Assembly (NCBI GenBank): GCA_030668875.1
Contig: DAOVER010000001.1
Location: forward strand, 84,486-116,485
DNA length: 32,000 nucleotides
Direction of reading: 5' to 3'
DNA from: Candidatus Heimdallarchaeota archaeon
Lineage (GTDB): Archaea; Asgardarchaeota; Heimdallarchaeia; Heimdallarchaeales; Heimdallarchaeaceae
A program made the translations under genes and the position numbers. Below are positions 17,999-27,072 of this stretch, one piece after another; the stretch's first letter is position 1, and each line of letters begins with the position of its first letter. Under the pieces are notes generated by a model. It was not told the DNA's origin. It saw nothing but the letters and a program-made list of their open reading frames with translations, and made no database searches.

Positions 17999-19864
17999 AT
18001 GAGTGCCTCACAAGAAAAATCTCCAAAGAAGGCTATTACTATAATAGTCTTGGTTCTCATTGTTTTAGCATCATTTTCATCCGTAATATATTTCTTGATG
18101 AATAATCAAGAAAATAACCGAGGTTTGTTTGGTGTATCATTGCGCTATTACACTAAAGGGACTGAAAATCTCTATTATGAGGATTATGCGAAATTTATTG
18201 CGCAGGATATGAGAGAGATAGGAATTGATGTGACAGACTTGCCTTTGGAATATGCAGTATTTTTAGAAACTATATTCAGAGACAAAGAGTTCGATCTAGC
18301 TATTATCGAATTAGAGGGAACGACAGCTCCTCATTTAGAATACTTATTCAAACAAGGTGCAAGTTTGAATATTTTCAAGTTTAACGACACTTTTGATGAG
18401 GGTTATACAACTGATTTATTAAACAACATTTCAAAAACTACTGACTTCTATGAAAGGAAAAACATGTTTTATTCAGTTCAAAGTCATTTAATGACCAATA
18501 TTTTACCTATGGTTCCTCTTTTTACACCAGTAAGAACTTTTGTTTATTGGGATAACTTAAGATATTTTGAACCCAGTTTTGGATTAGCAGATTCTTTACC
18601 CTACATGCAGTTTAGTGGTCTTCATCAAAGTCAAACAGCTGTAGATGAATTGAACATTGGAGTTATTGGTAAATGGATAGATTTTAACCCACTAACAGTT
18701 GAAGAACATGGAGAAAAACTTGTCTTGTCTTTAATCATGGACAAACTTACTACTTTGGATGAAAAAGGAACTCCAACTTCTTATGGACTCATAGATGAGT
18801 GGAATTATGTTAATTCAACTTTCCTTAAATTGCATGTTAGAACAGATGCAATATGGCAAACTGACTCTGAAGGACTATTTGAAAATGAGCCCTTTACTGC
18901 TGAGGATGTTATTTTTACTTTTGATTTAATGCTTGATAGCAATGCAAATTTGAACTATGAAAAACTGAAATGGATCGATTCTTATGAAATAGATACTATA
19001 AATAGTAATTATGTCAATGTGTATATAGATTCAGATTCAAATACAATTGAAAAAGAACCATATGCATTTGCATTGGAGGATTTATCAGCTTACCCTTATC
19101 CTGAACATTATCTTAATGTGTCATCTTCAATATATCAAATTACTAAGTCTTCGAGATGGGAAAAATTCGGGAAATTTCCCTTTGGTACTGGAAAATATGC
19201 TTACTCAATAACAGAAAGTGATCCGAATTTTTCTATAGTATTCGATAAACATGCGAACTGGTTTAATATCGGAGCTATCGATGGCTCTTCGATATCTGTG
19301 GATTTTGATAAAATTGAATTACAAAAATTTACAGAATCATACCCCTTGAGTTTGGAGATGCAATATGGTTCTCTTGATATTGCGGACTTTGGTAAAGATC
19401 CCGTCGTTGAAGATACTTTTTCATCTATTGGTACGTTCAGAACAGATTTTAAATTAGAAAACTCCATTGTTTTTCTAGCCTTCAATCTTGAGAATCAATA
19501 TTTTGGAGGAGAAAATAATTTTATTCCTACAGCTGATACAGATACATCTAAAGCGTTGGCAGTAAGAAAAGCTATAGCAACTGTTATAGACAAAACGAAA
19601 ATCAATACACAGTTCCACAATAGCATGTTCAATATTACCGATACTCCAATACCAACTTATTTCAAGGATTACTACTTTTCAAATGTTCCAAGGTATGGTC
19701 GTAGCATTGATCAAGCTATAACTTATCTGGAACTAGCAGGTTATAACTTCACAAGCTCTGGAGATCCTGCTCCTTTTAATTTTATTAGTGCTAGTTCTGG
19801 ATTAGTGGCAGTATCTGTGTTTGTAATGATTATTTCAAAAAGAAAAAGAAGTGCTAAACAATGA
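17999..19864 (+). CDS. ABC transporter substrate-binding protein family 5 (OppA/DppA-like), circularly permuted, with N- and C-terminal TM segments
   Basis: Motifs IAQDMREIGIDV, KEFDLA, LPMVPLF precede ELNIG..DFNPL, PFTAEDVIFTF, FGTGKY, FLAFNL, VRKAIATVIDK, AITYLELAGY. Confidence 0.85.
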   Translation: MSASQEKSPKKAITIIVLVLIVLASFSSVIYFLMNNQENNRGLFGVSLRYYTKGTENLYYEDYAKFIAQDMREIGIDVTDLPLEYAVFLETIFRDKEFDLAIIELEGTTAPHLEYLFKQGASLNIFKFNDTFDEGYTTDLLNNISKTTDFYERKNMFYSVQSHLMTNILPMVPLFTPVRTFVYWDNLRYFEPSFGLADSLPYMQFSGLHQSQTAVDELNIGVIGKWIDFNPLTVEEHGEKLVLSLIMDKLTTLDEKGTPTSYGLIDEWNYVNSTFLKLHVRTDAIWQTDSEGLFENEPFTAEDVIFTFDLMLDSNANLNYEKLKWIDSYEIDTINSNYVNVYIDSDSNTIEKEPYAFALEDLSAYPYPEHYLNVSSSIYQITKSSRWEKFGKFPFGTGKYAYSITESDPNFSIVFDKHANWFNIGAIDGSSISVDFDKIELQKFTESYPLSLEMQYGSLDIADFGKDPVVEDTFSSIGTFRTDFKLENSIVFLAFNLENQYFGGENNFIPTADTDTSKALAVRKAIATVIDKTKINTQFHNSMFNITDTPIPTYFKDYYFSNVPRYGRSIDQAITYLELAGYNFTSSGDPAPFNFISASSGLVAVSVFVMIISKRKRSAKQ

Positions 19865-20580
19865 ATACTATAAGTGAACTTTCAGAAATAAACCTAAAGG
19901 ACAAAATTTTGCTCCAAACTTTCAGCGGAAGTGGAGCGATTGGAACAATACTTACTTCATTCTTAACGAAGTCTTTAGACATGAAGCAAGTAGCCGTTTT
20001 GCATCCAAAGAATGTTGCTCCTGTTGCAATTGTAAAGAAAGGTAAAATAGAGAACCCAATAAGGATTTTTCAGTCAGAGCAATTCGCTCTAATGTCGTGT
20101 GAAGTAAGTATACCATACGAAGAATTACCTGAGTTCCTAGAGACTCTTGTAGATTTTTATATCAAGCAAGGTGTTTCATATATTATCCCTGTTGGTGGTC
20201 TTCCAGTTTTTCAATACCCCAATGGAGAATCAAAATGTTTAGGTGTATCTGCTGATGATTCAGCTCTAAAATTCTTAGAAGAGAAAGGAGTAGAGTTGCT
20301 TGATGAAGGAATAATCTATGGTTCTGTTGTGGAAACAATGGAATTGTGTCAAGCTAAAGGTTTCAAAAACTGTTTCTCACTAATAGCAGAATGTGATCCT
20401 GGTGTGCCATCTTATCAACCAACAAAAGAAATCCTCATAGCCCTTAGAAAATTATTCGGGTTGGAGTATAATGAAGAACAATATGAAGAAATTATCTCCG
20501 TTATAAAGAAGAGAATAGAAGAAAGTTCTAGAATAATTAGAGAAGAAACAATAGATAAAACAAGAGAAAGCCATCTTTGA
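19861..20580 (+). CDS. Proteasome assembly chaperone PAC2 family protein
   Basis: LLQTFSGSGAIGTI, IRIF, IIPVGGL, GIIYG, LIAEC.PGVPS pattern. ATGA overlap with the binding-protein gene. Confidence 0.85.
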   Translation: MNTISELSEINLKDKILLQTFSGSGAIGTILTSFLTKSLDMKQVAVLHPKNVAPVAIVKKGKIENPIRIFQSEQFALMSCEVSIPYEELPEFLETLVDFYIKQGVSYIIPVGGLPVFQYPNGESKCLGVSADDSALKFLEEKGVELLDEGIIYGSVVETMELCQAKGFKNCFSLIAECDPGVPSYQPTKEILIALRKLFGLEYNEEQYEEIISVIKKRIEESSRIIREETIDKTRESHL

Positions 20581-20750
20581 ATGTAAAAATTATACAATGG
20601 CTTCTTTTTCATTAATTTTTTCATGAATTAATGTGTAAATACATGATTTTTTGAGTAAGCCATCAGAAAAAAATGTGATGATTCGCTTGAAACTGTTAAA
20701 CAAGCCAGAAACGGGATTATTGTCGATTTTAAGCCCTATTACTCAGGTCA

Positions 20751-20766
20751 GAAAAAGGTTTAAATA
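20751..20766 (+). promoter_or_regulatory. Archaeal BRE + TATA box (gaaaaagg-TTTAAATA)
   Basis: Consensus-like element with no protein gene downstream; it precedes the structured region. Confidence 0.6.
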
Positions 20767-20789
20767 GGTTGGGGTTTTTGTTCTTATAG

Positions 20790-21085
20790 TTATGGTAGTT
20801 CAAACAAGGCAGATAAAGGGGAACTGCAAACTGAACAGGAAGAGCAATCCGATGCTTAACCCCCACAAAGGGTGAACTCGGGAACAATGGTTGAACCCCT
20901 TTTTAAATGGTTTGAACCCCCATATTGGGCTTAGATAAAGACCTCCTAAGTCCGAAATCCCCCAGAACCAGACTTAGTCTGGAATCAGAAGAATACTTCT
21001 GTCTGCCAGAACCCCAACCAAAAACCCAAAGCATCGAGCAAGAATTTCCTTCCTGTTCAGGCAGAAATCCCTTTTCTTCAACTTT
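20790..21085 (+). ncRNA. Putative structured non-coding RNA of unassigned family (size similar to SRP/RNase P RNA)
   Basis: Long-range pairing: aaagggg 20815-20821/21068-21074, ctgc 20824-20827/21061-21064, 12-bp ctgaacaggaag 20831-20842/21049-21060, cgatgctt 20850-20857/21029-21036. Three inner hairpins. G-U pairs favour the + strand. Upstream TATA and downstream T-tract. Ends are approximate. Confidence 0.6.
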
Positions 21086-21196
21086 TTCTTCTTTCATCGA
21101 AACTGTTAACCGTTTTCAAGAGTAATTTAGCCATTTATTCAGGAGCGATATTTCTTTAAGTTTTTTTAAGTTTCGTTCACACTCTCATTTCTCCTT

Positions 21197-21526
21197 CTAG
21201 CTAACTCCTTCAGATAGTATCTCTCCTATTGCTTCTGTAGTCATACTAAATACGGATAAAATTTCATCCTTTGAGTGTAAAACTTCATAAAGAGTTTTCA
21301 GCTTTAGTTCTTTACCTTTGTCATCTATTAAAATGATTTCATATCCCAATCCTCTACCCAAATTTTTCTCGTCATTGATCCAATCTTTTTGTTCCTCAAA
21401 TAATTGAGTGAGAAAGTATTTGATACTACTCACATCACTGAGTTTGTAACGTGCTAATTCTAAACTTTTTTCCTTATTTTCTGTTAATATTTTGAAGATT
21501 AATTTCCATGTCAAAGTTTTCACCAA
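21197..21526 (-). CDS. Hypothetical protein, possible beta-grasp (MoaD/ubiquitin-like) fold without C-terminal GG
   Basis: Pattern YEIILIDDKG..LKTLYEVL.SKDEILSVF resembles the MoaD C-terminal half. TTG/GTG start. Fold call is weak. Confidence 0.55.
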   Translation of the reverse strand: MVKTLTWKLIFKILTENKEKSLELARYKLSDVSSIKYFLTQLFEEQKDWINDEKNLGRGLGYEIILIDDKGKELKLKTLYEVLHSKDEILSVFSMTTEAIGEILSEGVS

Positions 21527-21691
21527 GTTTTCTTTTCAATACCTTTATCCTTGAATTGACTTAAAAAGGAGGAAATTTTGTCTTCGAGTTTATAAACCAT
21601 TTTAATAGCTCCTCCAACTAATCTCAGAACTAAAATCTATAAGTTTTTAAAGCATATCTGAACTGATAATTTAGATTATCAAGGTGTTTTC

Positions 21692-21874
21692 ATGGGCCAC
21701 GGATCATTACAAAAAGCAGGAAAAGTTAGAAAACAAACTCCCAAGGTTACAGCTAAAGAAAGATCAAGTCCTATCCCTCGTAGAGGACTTCGAAATAAAT
21801 ATGTTAAGAGAATAATTCTTGGAAAATATGCTGGTCAACCTCAAAGTATGGGAGCTAAGCGTCGTTCCAGATAA
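21692..21874 (+). CDS. rps30e: Ribosomal protein eS30
   Basis: MGHGSLQKAGKVRKQTPKV signature. Confidence 0.96.
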   Translation: MGHGSLQKAGKVRKQTPKVTAKERSSPIPRRGLRNKYVKRIILGKYAGQPQSMGAKRRSR

Positions 21875-21904
21875 ACCTTTCATTTTTAAGAGAACGAATT
21901 TCCA

Positions 21905-23500
21905 ATGAAGGAACCAGAGCAAGCTTTTATTGAAATTAAGGAAGCATTACTTAATCTTGATAATGTTAATAATACTAATTTAAATAAAATCAAGAGAGGA
22001 ATCTCTAAAAAATATCGTCTTGACTCTTTTCCAAGAAACAGTGAAATTTTAGCAATTTGTACAGAAGAAGAAAAACAGAAATTGTTACCTATTTTGATGA
22101 AGAGAAAAGTGAGAACTCTTTCTGGTGTAGCTATTGTCGCTGTTATGACTCGACCCTGGGAATGTCCTCATGGGAAATGCATAATGTGTCCAGGTGGTCC
22201 TGAAAATGATCGTCCTCAAAGCTATACTGGTTATGAACCAACAACTATGAGGGGAATTCGCAGTAATTATGATCCATATATACAAGTTCAAGAGCGGATA
22301 AATCAATTAGAAGCAATAGGTCACTCTGCTGAAAAAATAGATGCTATTATTATGGGTGGAACATTTACTCACCAACCTCTTGAATACCAGCAAGAGTTCA
22401 TCTTGCGTATGTTTGATGCTATGAATGGAGTTGATTCTACAACTATTCAAGAAGCTCACAAGTTGAATGAGAAAACAAAATATCGCTGTGTTGGATTGAC
22501 CGTAGAAACAAGACCAGACCAAGTTTCACGAGACAAAATTAACCATTTAATAGATTTTGGTGTAACTCGTTTGGAACTAGGCGTACAATCCGTTTTTGAT
22601 GATGTTCTGGAGAAAATGAACCGTGGTCATGGAACTAAAGAAGTGATTGATTCATTTAAATTCACAAGAGATTCAGGACTAAAACTAACAGCACATATGA
22701 TGCCTGGTTTACCCGGATCATCTTACAGTAGAGACATTGCTTCCTTTTACCATTTATTCAATGATAGTCGATACTGTCCAGATGAGATTAAGATTTACCC
22801 AACCATGGTTATACCAGGAACGAAATTGTATGATGATTATGTGGCAGGTAATTATACAGCTTTATCAAATGAAGAAACAGCAAAACTGGTTGCTGAAATC
22901 AAAACCATGGTTCCTCCTTACGTGAGAATTAAAAGAGTTTTAAGAGATATACCTGCTCATCAAATAGCAGCTGGTCCAAATAAAAGTGATCTTAGGCTTG
23001 ATGCTCAAGCTATTCTGGAACGCGAAGGAAAGAAATGTAGATGTATTCGTTGTCGAGAGATTGGACGTCATGTGTATCAAAACAAAGGAGAACTTGACAT
23101 GAATTCCATCCACTTTGTTCAACGTAAATATTCAGCTAGCGAAGGGATAGAACATTTTCTTTCTTACGAAGAAGTTCAGAATGATGTACTAATAGGTTTT
23201 TTACGTCTTCGTGAATTAAGCAAAGATATAATCCGACCTGAATTTATTGAAGATTCTACAATAGTAGTTCGAGAACTTCACGTCTATGGAGAATCTTTAG
23301 AGTTGCATTCTTCTAGCAATAAACCAGTTCAGTGGCAACATAAAGGCTATGGGAAGAAACTTCTATCAAATGCAGAGAACATCGCTTTAGAAAATGGTTA
23401 CGCCAAGATTTCCATTATTTCAGGAGTAGGTGTAAGAGAGTATTATCGGTCACTTGGATATGTGTTAGATGGTCCATATATGTCCAAATCACTCAAGTAA
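21905..23500 (+). CDS. elp3: tRNA uridine(34) acetyltransferase Elp3 (radical SAM + GNAT)
   Basis: VRTLSGVAIVAVMTRPWECPHGKCIMCPGG, MGGTF, ETRPD, ELGVQS, KIYPT, RCIRCREIG, RELHVYG, QHKGYG, ISGVGVREYY. Confidence 0.96.
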   Translation: MKEPEQAFIEIKEALLNLDNVNNTNLNKIKRGISKKYRLDSFPRNSEILAICTEEEKQKLLPILMKRKVRTLSGVAIVAVMTRPWECPHGKCIMCPGGPENDRPQSYTGYEPTTMRGIRSNYDPYIQVQERINQLEAIGHSAEKIDAIIMGGTFTHQPLEYQQEFILRMFDAMNGVDSTTIQEAHKLNEKTKYRCVGLTVETRPDQVSRDKINHLIDFGVTRLELGVQSVFDDVLEKMNRGHGTKEVIDSFKFTRDSGLKLTAHMMPGLPGSSYSRDIASFYHLFNDSRYCPDEIKIYPTMVIPGTKLYDDYVAGNYTALSNEETAKLVAEIKTMVPPYVRIKRVLRDIPAHQIAAGPNKSDLRLDAQAILEREGKKCRCIRCREIGRHVYQNKGELDMNSIHFVQRKYSASEGIEHFLSYEEVQNDVLIGFLRLRELSKDIIRPEFIEDSTIVVRELHVYGESLELHSSSNKPVQWQHKGYGKKLLSNAENIALENGYAKISIISGVGVREYYRSLGYVLDGPYMSKSLK

Positions 23501-23563
23501 GTTTGTTTAAAAAGGTAATTTTATAATAATATGTGTGTGTTTCTTCTTGAATAATAAAATCAT

Positions 23564-24562
23564 GTGGTACCTATGTCTGCAAAAAACAGAGAATTGATGA
23601 TGCAACAAATCACGCAATTGCTAAATACTGCAGGCTATAGTATCGTTCAGCTTTCTCCAGGGAGTAAAGCTTGTTTTGATATCATTGCAAAACGAAGAGA
23701 TCAATTAATCATCATTAAGTTTTCATCTTATATAGATAATTTTAGCCGAGATGATTCTTACGAGTTAAAGAGTGTAGCTTCCTTTTTGAATGCTTCTCCC
23801 CTAATAATTGGTGAAAGAGGAAAGCGTTTTACTGAACTTGAAGATGGATTAGTTCTGTTACGGTATGGAATACCTGTGGTTGGACTTGAAACTTTTACAA
23901 ATCTTATTGGTCAAGGAATGCCTCCAATTGTATATTGTAGTCGTGGTAGATACTTCGTTCAGATTAATAGAAGACTTCTTAGACAATCTAGATTAGAAAA
24001 AAACCTAAGTTATGCAGATTTAGCTCAGAAAGTTGGTGTATCCCGAAGAACTATTTATGAATATGAACATTCCATAAATCCACCACCTGAAACTGCAGCT
24101 TTGCTAGAAACTGTTTTAGAATCTCCATTAGCTGAAGGAATAAGGATTTTTGATTTTGAGATAGAGAATGAGGAGAGACCTAGTTATTCTATTGATAATC
24201 TTTCCTCGATGAAAGAAGATGTATCTCAGATTCTACAAGATTTAGGTTTCATTAGTCAATTTTGGACAAAATTATCTCCTTTTGATGCATTTAGTGAACA
24301 CAAAAGCCAAGATGTGCATAGTGGTCTTAATGTTCTTGTTTGTGTAGATGATGAACAGAACAAACACGTTATCAATCGTGCTGCGATGACTTATAGTATT
24401 GCTTCTCTTACAAAACGAAGGGCAATAATGATTGTTGAAGAGGATAAAGAACATCCTCTTACTCAGACTATACCCACTTTTACGGTAGATGAACTTCAGC
24501 AGATGAAGAAAGCTTTTGAGTTAGTGAAAAGATGGGTAAAGAAATATTCTGACTTAAAATAA
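23564..24562 (+). CDS. Archaeal HTH (Cro/C1-type) transcriptional regulator with nuclease-like N-terminal domain (COG1395-like)
   Basis: CFDIIAKR, LKSVASFLNASPLIIGER, LEDG...RYGIP, RGRYFVQI, LAQKVGVSRRTIYEYE. Start may be ATG 23573. Confidence 0.85.
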   Translation: MVPMSAKNRELMMQQITQLLNTAGYSIVQLSPGSKACFDIIAKRRDQLIIIKFSSYIDNFSRDDSYELKSVASFLNASPLIIGERGKRFTELEDGLVLLRYGIPVVGLETFTNLIGQGMPPIVYCSRGRYFVQINRRLLRQSRLEKNLSYADLAQKVGVSRRTIYEYEHSINPPPETAALLETVLESPLAEGIRIFDFEIENEERPSYSIDNLSSMKEDVSQILQDLGFISQFWTKLSPFDAFSEHKSQDVHSGLNVLVCVDDEQNKHVINRAAMTYSIASLTKRRAIMIVEEDKEHPLTQTIPTFTVDELQQMKKAFELVKRWVKKYSDLK

Positions 24563-24593
24563 AAGAAAAGATTACGAAGACTTAAGTCAAAAC

Positions 24594-25292
24594 TTAAACA
24601 TTCTTTTGACCAACAATTACAATATGATCCTTTTCATAAGGTTCGATATCAATTGTCTCGAGAATTGTTAAACCTGCAGATTCCAGATCTTTTATAACTT
24701 CTTCGTAGATGGCTTTAGGGTCTTTGGTCACATCTATACTCCTTGCTTTAACAGCAAAGAAAAAGTAACCATCTTTTTTGAGATAGGTTTGAACATTATC
24801 TTTTAAGATTTCAGCTTGTCTTGGTTGAGCAACATCTTCATAAACAACATCAACTAAGGGAACAGTGAAACTATATTCTTCTGGAAACCTTGCGTCTGCA
24901 AGTATGGGGATGATGTTCTGTCGTCTCTCTGCAACTACTACTAAATCTCTGAGAGAGCGTGCTGAAAATTCTACTGCAAAAATGGATCCATCTACACCAA
25001 TCATATCAGAAATGTGTGAAACTGTTGTTCCTGATGCAGCACCAAGATATAGGATTTTGGAACCTTCTGTAAATGGAAAGTTCTGTAATTCCTTCATAAT
25101 AGCGGAACCTAATTTGCTTTTATGTGGGTCAAATGTTCTGTATTCAATACCTTCCTTGGAAACTAAACGTTCTGTGTAAACTTTTTTACCTGGTTCAGCA
25201 TTGATAGTTGCTAAACGAGTACTTCCATCTTTTGTTTTTAACCAGAACAGATTTGGATGTGAGTGTTTGTGTACTTCTGGCATAATTATCAC
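24594..25292 (-). CDS. flpA: Fibrillarin (rRNA 2'-O-methyltransferase)
   Basis: VYTERL, YRTFDPHKSKLGSAI, LYLGAASGTTVSHISD, VEFS, PILADAR, DVVYEDVAQPRQ, PYEKDH. Start may be ATG 25283. Confidence 0.97.
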   Translation of the reverse strand: MIIMPEVHKHSHPNLFWLKTKDGSTRLATINAEPGKKVYTERLVSKEGIEYRTFDPHKSKLGSAIMKELQNFPFTEGSKILYLGAASGTTVSHISDMIGVDGSIFAVEFSARSLRDLVVVAERRQNIIPILADARFPEEYSFTVPLVDVVYEDVAQPRQAEILKDNVQTYLKKDGYFFFAVKARSIDVTKDPKAIYEEVIKDLESAGLTILETIDIEPYEKDHIVIVGQKNV

Positions 25293-26581
25293 CTTTTACG
25301 TTGGTAAGAACTTTTTCCTCCTTTCTTTTTAGGATAGTATGGTCTCTTACCTTTCCCTTGTTTTCGATATTGCGGTTTAATTTGAGGATCTTTTTGCCGA
25401 GGTTGAAATGATCTGTCAATAGGTGGTTTCTTTCCCTCTGGGGCTTCTTTGTATTTCTCTTTAATTTCCGCAACCTTTCTATCTACTTCCAATTTCAGTT
25501 GATCACCGATGAATTCTCCTTGAAAGAAGTCGACTCTACCAGCGATTGTTAACCGTCCTGCTATAGCTCTAGAGATATTCCCTTTTTGCCACCATGGACA
25601 ACCATGAAGCTCAGGTATCTGGTATATAATACCATGTTTTGGTGGTTTGGCACCAGTTTTTAGTGCTCTGAATAGAGCTTTTTCTGCTCCTAGTAATTGG
25701 ATTGTTGACGCTGGTTTCATAGCTAGTTCTCGAAGACCACCCGCAAGTGCTATTAATCTAGCAGCTATTGGGGCTCCCACTATTGCTTTCATATTTGGTG
25801 CAATTCGTGAAATTTCTCTTCCTATCCACGCCTCTAGTTTGTCTCGTTCTTCATATAAGTCAATCATACGAAGAGATAAGTCTTGGAGTGGGCGAAGGTC
25901 ATTTTCTGTAAAATCTGCTCCCATAGATTTTCTTGCAAGGTTTACAATACGCTTGCTTTTCTCATTTGAAAAACCAAATGATTTTACATTTTCTTCTGTG
26001 AAATTGTCTTTTGTACCTATGGCGGTTATTATCTTGCACAATGTAAGATGATTTTGAACTTCTCTCATTATTTCAGGAAAATGAACTCCATACCATTCAC
26101 CAATTCTAGCTGAAAACAGATTAGTGGTCTTATCAATATCATCCATTGAAAGAATGGCGTGAACTACATTTTTGTCTACTCTTTGAGAACTGTGTGCAAC
26201 ACGCTTTTTAGAAAGGTTGATACCAACTTCTCTAACTAATTTCTGATAATCTTTCTCATCTGAAATATAGTCTTGTTGTATCAAGATATGAAAAAGATTT
26301 GTAAGAAATTTCTGGTAGAACTCTGAATTAACGCTCATTTCTGACTTTTTACCTTTACTGCGAACATAATTAACTACATCTGAGCTGTTGGTTTCAATAA
26401 TCTCTTCATCAATTCCCTTCAATATCATTTCTAGTTCTTCTGAAATGGTGTAAACTGACAAATTATGTATTCTTGTAGCTATTTCTTCTGCCTTCTTTGG
26501 ATATGCAATAAATGTCTTCAACATATCATTTGAATCATAAACGAAGAAACCAGCAACATTGGCGTAAACTTTGATAGACAT
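25289..26581 (-). CDS. nop5: Box C/D RNP protein Nop5 (Nop56/58) with basic C-terminal tail
   Basis: LFSARIGEWYGVHFPE, IAPNMKAIVGAPIAARLIALAGG, PASTIQLLGAEKALFRAL, PKHGIIYQ. Confidence 0.96.
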   Translation of the reverse strand: MSIKVYANVAGFFVYDSNDMLKTFIAYPKKAEEIATRIHNLSVYTISEELEMILKGIDEEIIETNSSDVVNYVRSKGKKSEMSVNSEFYQKFLTNLFHILIQQDYISDEKDYQKLVREVGINLSKKRVAHSSQRVDKNVVHAILSMDDIDKTTNLFSARIGEWYGVHFPEIMREVQNHLTLCKIITAIGTKDNFTEENVKSFGFSNEKSKRIVNLARKSMGADFTENDLRPLQDLSLRMIDLYEERDKLEAWIGREISRIAPNMKAIVGAPIAARLIALAGGLRELAMKPASTIQLLGAEKALFRALKTGAKPPKHGIIYQIPELHGCPWWQKGNISRAIAGRLTIAGRVDFFQGEFIGDQLKLEVDRKVAEIKEKYKEAPEGKKPPIDRSFQPRQKDPQIKPQYRKQGKGKRPYYPKKKGGKSSYQRKR

Positions 26582-26652
26582 ATTTCTTCTGAAACCAAGG
26601 AAAAAAAGGAGATAAAAAAGATTTTGATGGTAATGTAAATCTAACAGTAATC

Positions 26653-26940
26653 TTAAGCAATAATGGGCTGAGTTGTTTTTGTTTTAGTTATTAGATTTTC
26701 TAAAGATGTGTCCATTTCAGGATTTATGCCTATTAAAGCTGATCTCATGTCCTCAAAATTTGCTCTATTAACTAAAACTGTTCTGTCTAATAGTTGTCTA
26801 ACAGTGTAACGAATAGCTCGAGGCTTCTTTTCATTCAAGCTTTCAATAATCTCTTTTTGAGTTAGTGCTCCTTTGTCTTTTAGCAATTCAATCACTTCGA
26901 GTGATCCTTTTGGTAGTCTTTCTCTTTGCATTTTCTTCAC
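26653..26940 (-). CDS. Small winged-helix (MarR-like) DNA-binding protein
   Basis: LPKGSLEVIELLKDKGALTQKEIIESL..KPRAIRYTVRQLL...NFEDMR. Start may be ATG 26931. Confidence 0.75.
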   Translation of the reverse strand: MKKMQRERLPKGSLEVIELLKDKGALTQKEIIESLNEKKPRAIRYTVRQLLDRTVLVNRANFEDMRSALIGINPEMDTSLENLITKTKTTQPIIA

Positions 26941-26962
26941 TTTCTCCGTGTGTGTGTTATTA

Positions 26963-27027
26963 TTGCACTCTATGTGTAATTGGGGTGCACACCTATATAT
27001 AGTTTTTCTGTGCGAATTGATGCACAG
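26963..27027. promoter_or_regulatory. Promoter of the wHTH gene (TATA 26994-27001 on minus strand) flanked by TGCAC/GCACA half-sites and a CTGTGC-N8-GCACAG palindrome
   Basis: tgcac 26964-26968, gtgcac 26985-26990, ctgtgc 27008-27013 / gcacag 27022-27027. Confidence 0.45.
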
Positions 27028-27072
27028 CTGTTAAACTGCAAAATTCGCAAAAAGGAGAGGAAAAAGTTTATT

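Noticed and set aside
20767-21030. Ciliate telomere-like motifs (GGTTGGGGTT at 20767-20776; AACCCCAACC at 21010-21019) suggesting a telomerase-type template
   Set aside because: Less than two repeat units, no reverse transcriptase in the window, and the G-rich copy lies between the TATA box and the expected start site. Chance or local inverted similarity explains it.
20790-21085. Firm annotation as SRP (7S) RNA or RNase P RNA
   Set aside because: The diagnostic SRP helix-8 motif and the RNase P CR-I motif could not be found on either strand, so it is left unassigned.
20903-21125. Two short overlapping ORFs (64 aa minus, 66 aa plus)
   Set aside because: They overlap each other and the structured region, have no recognisable motifs, and are likely by-products of locally higher G+C.
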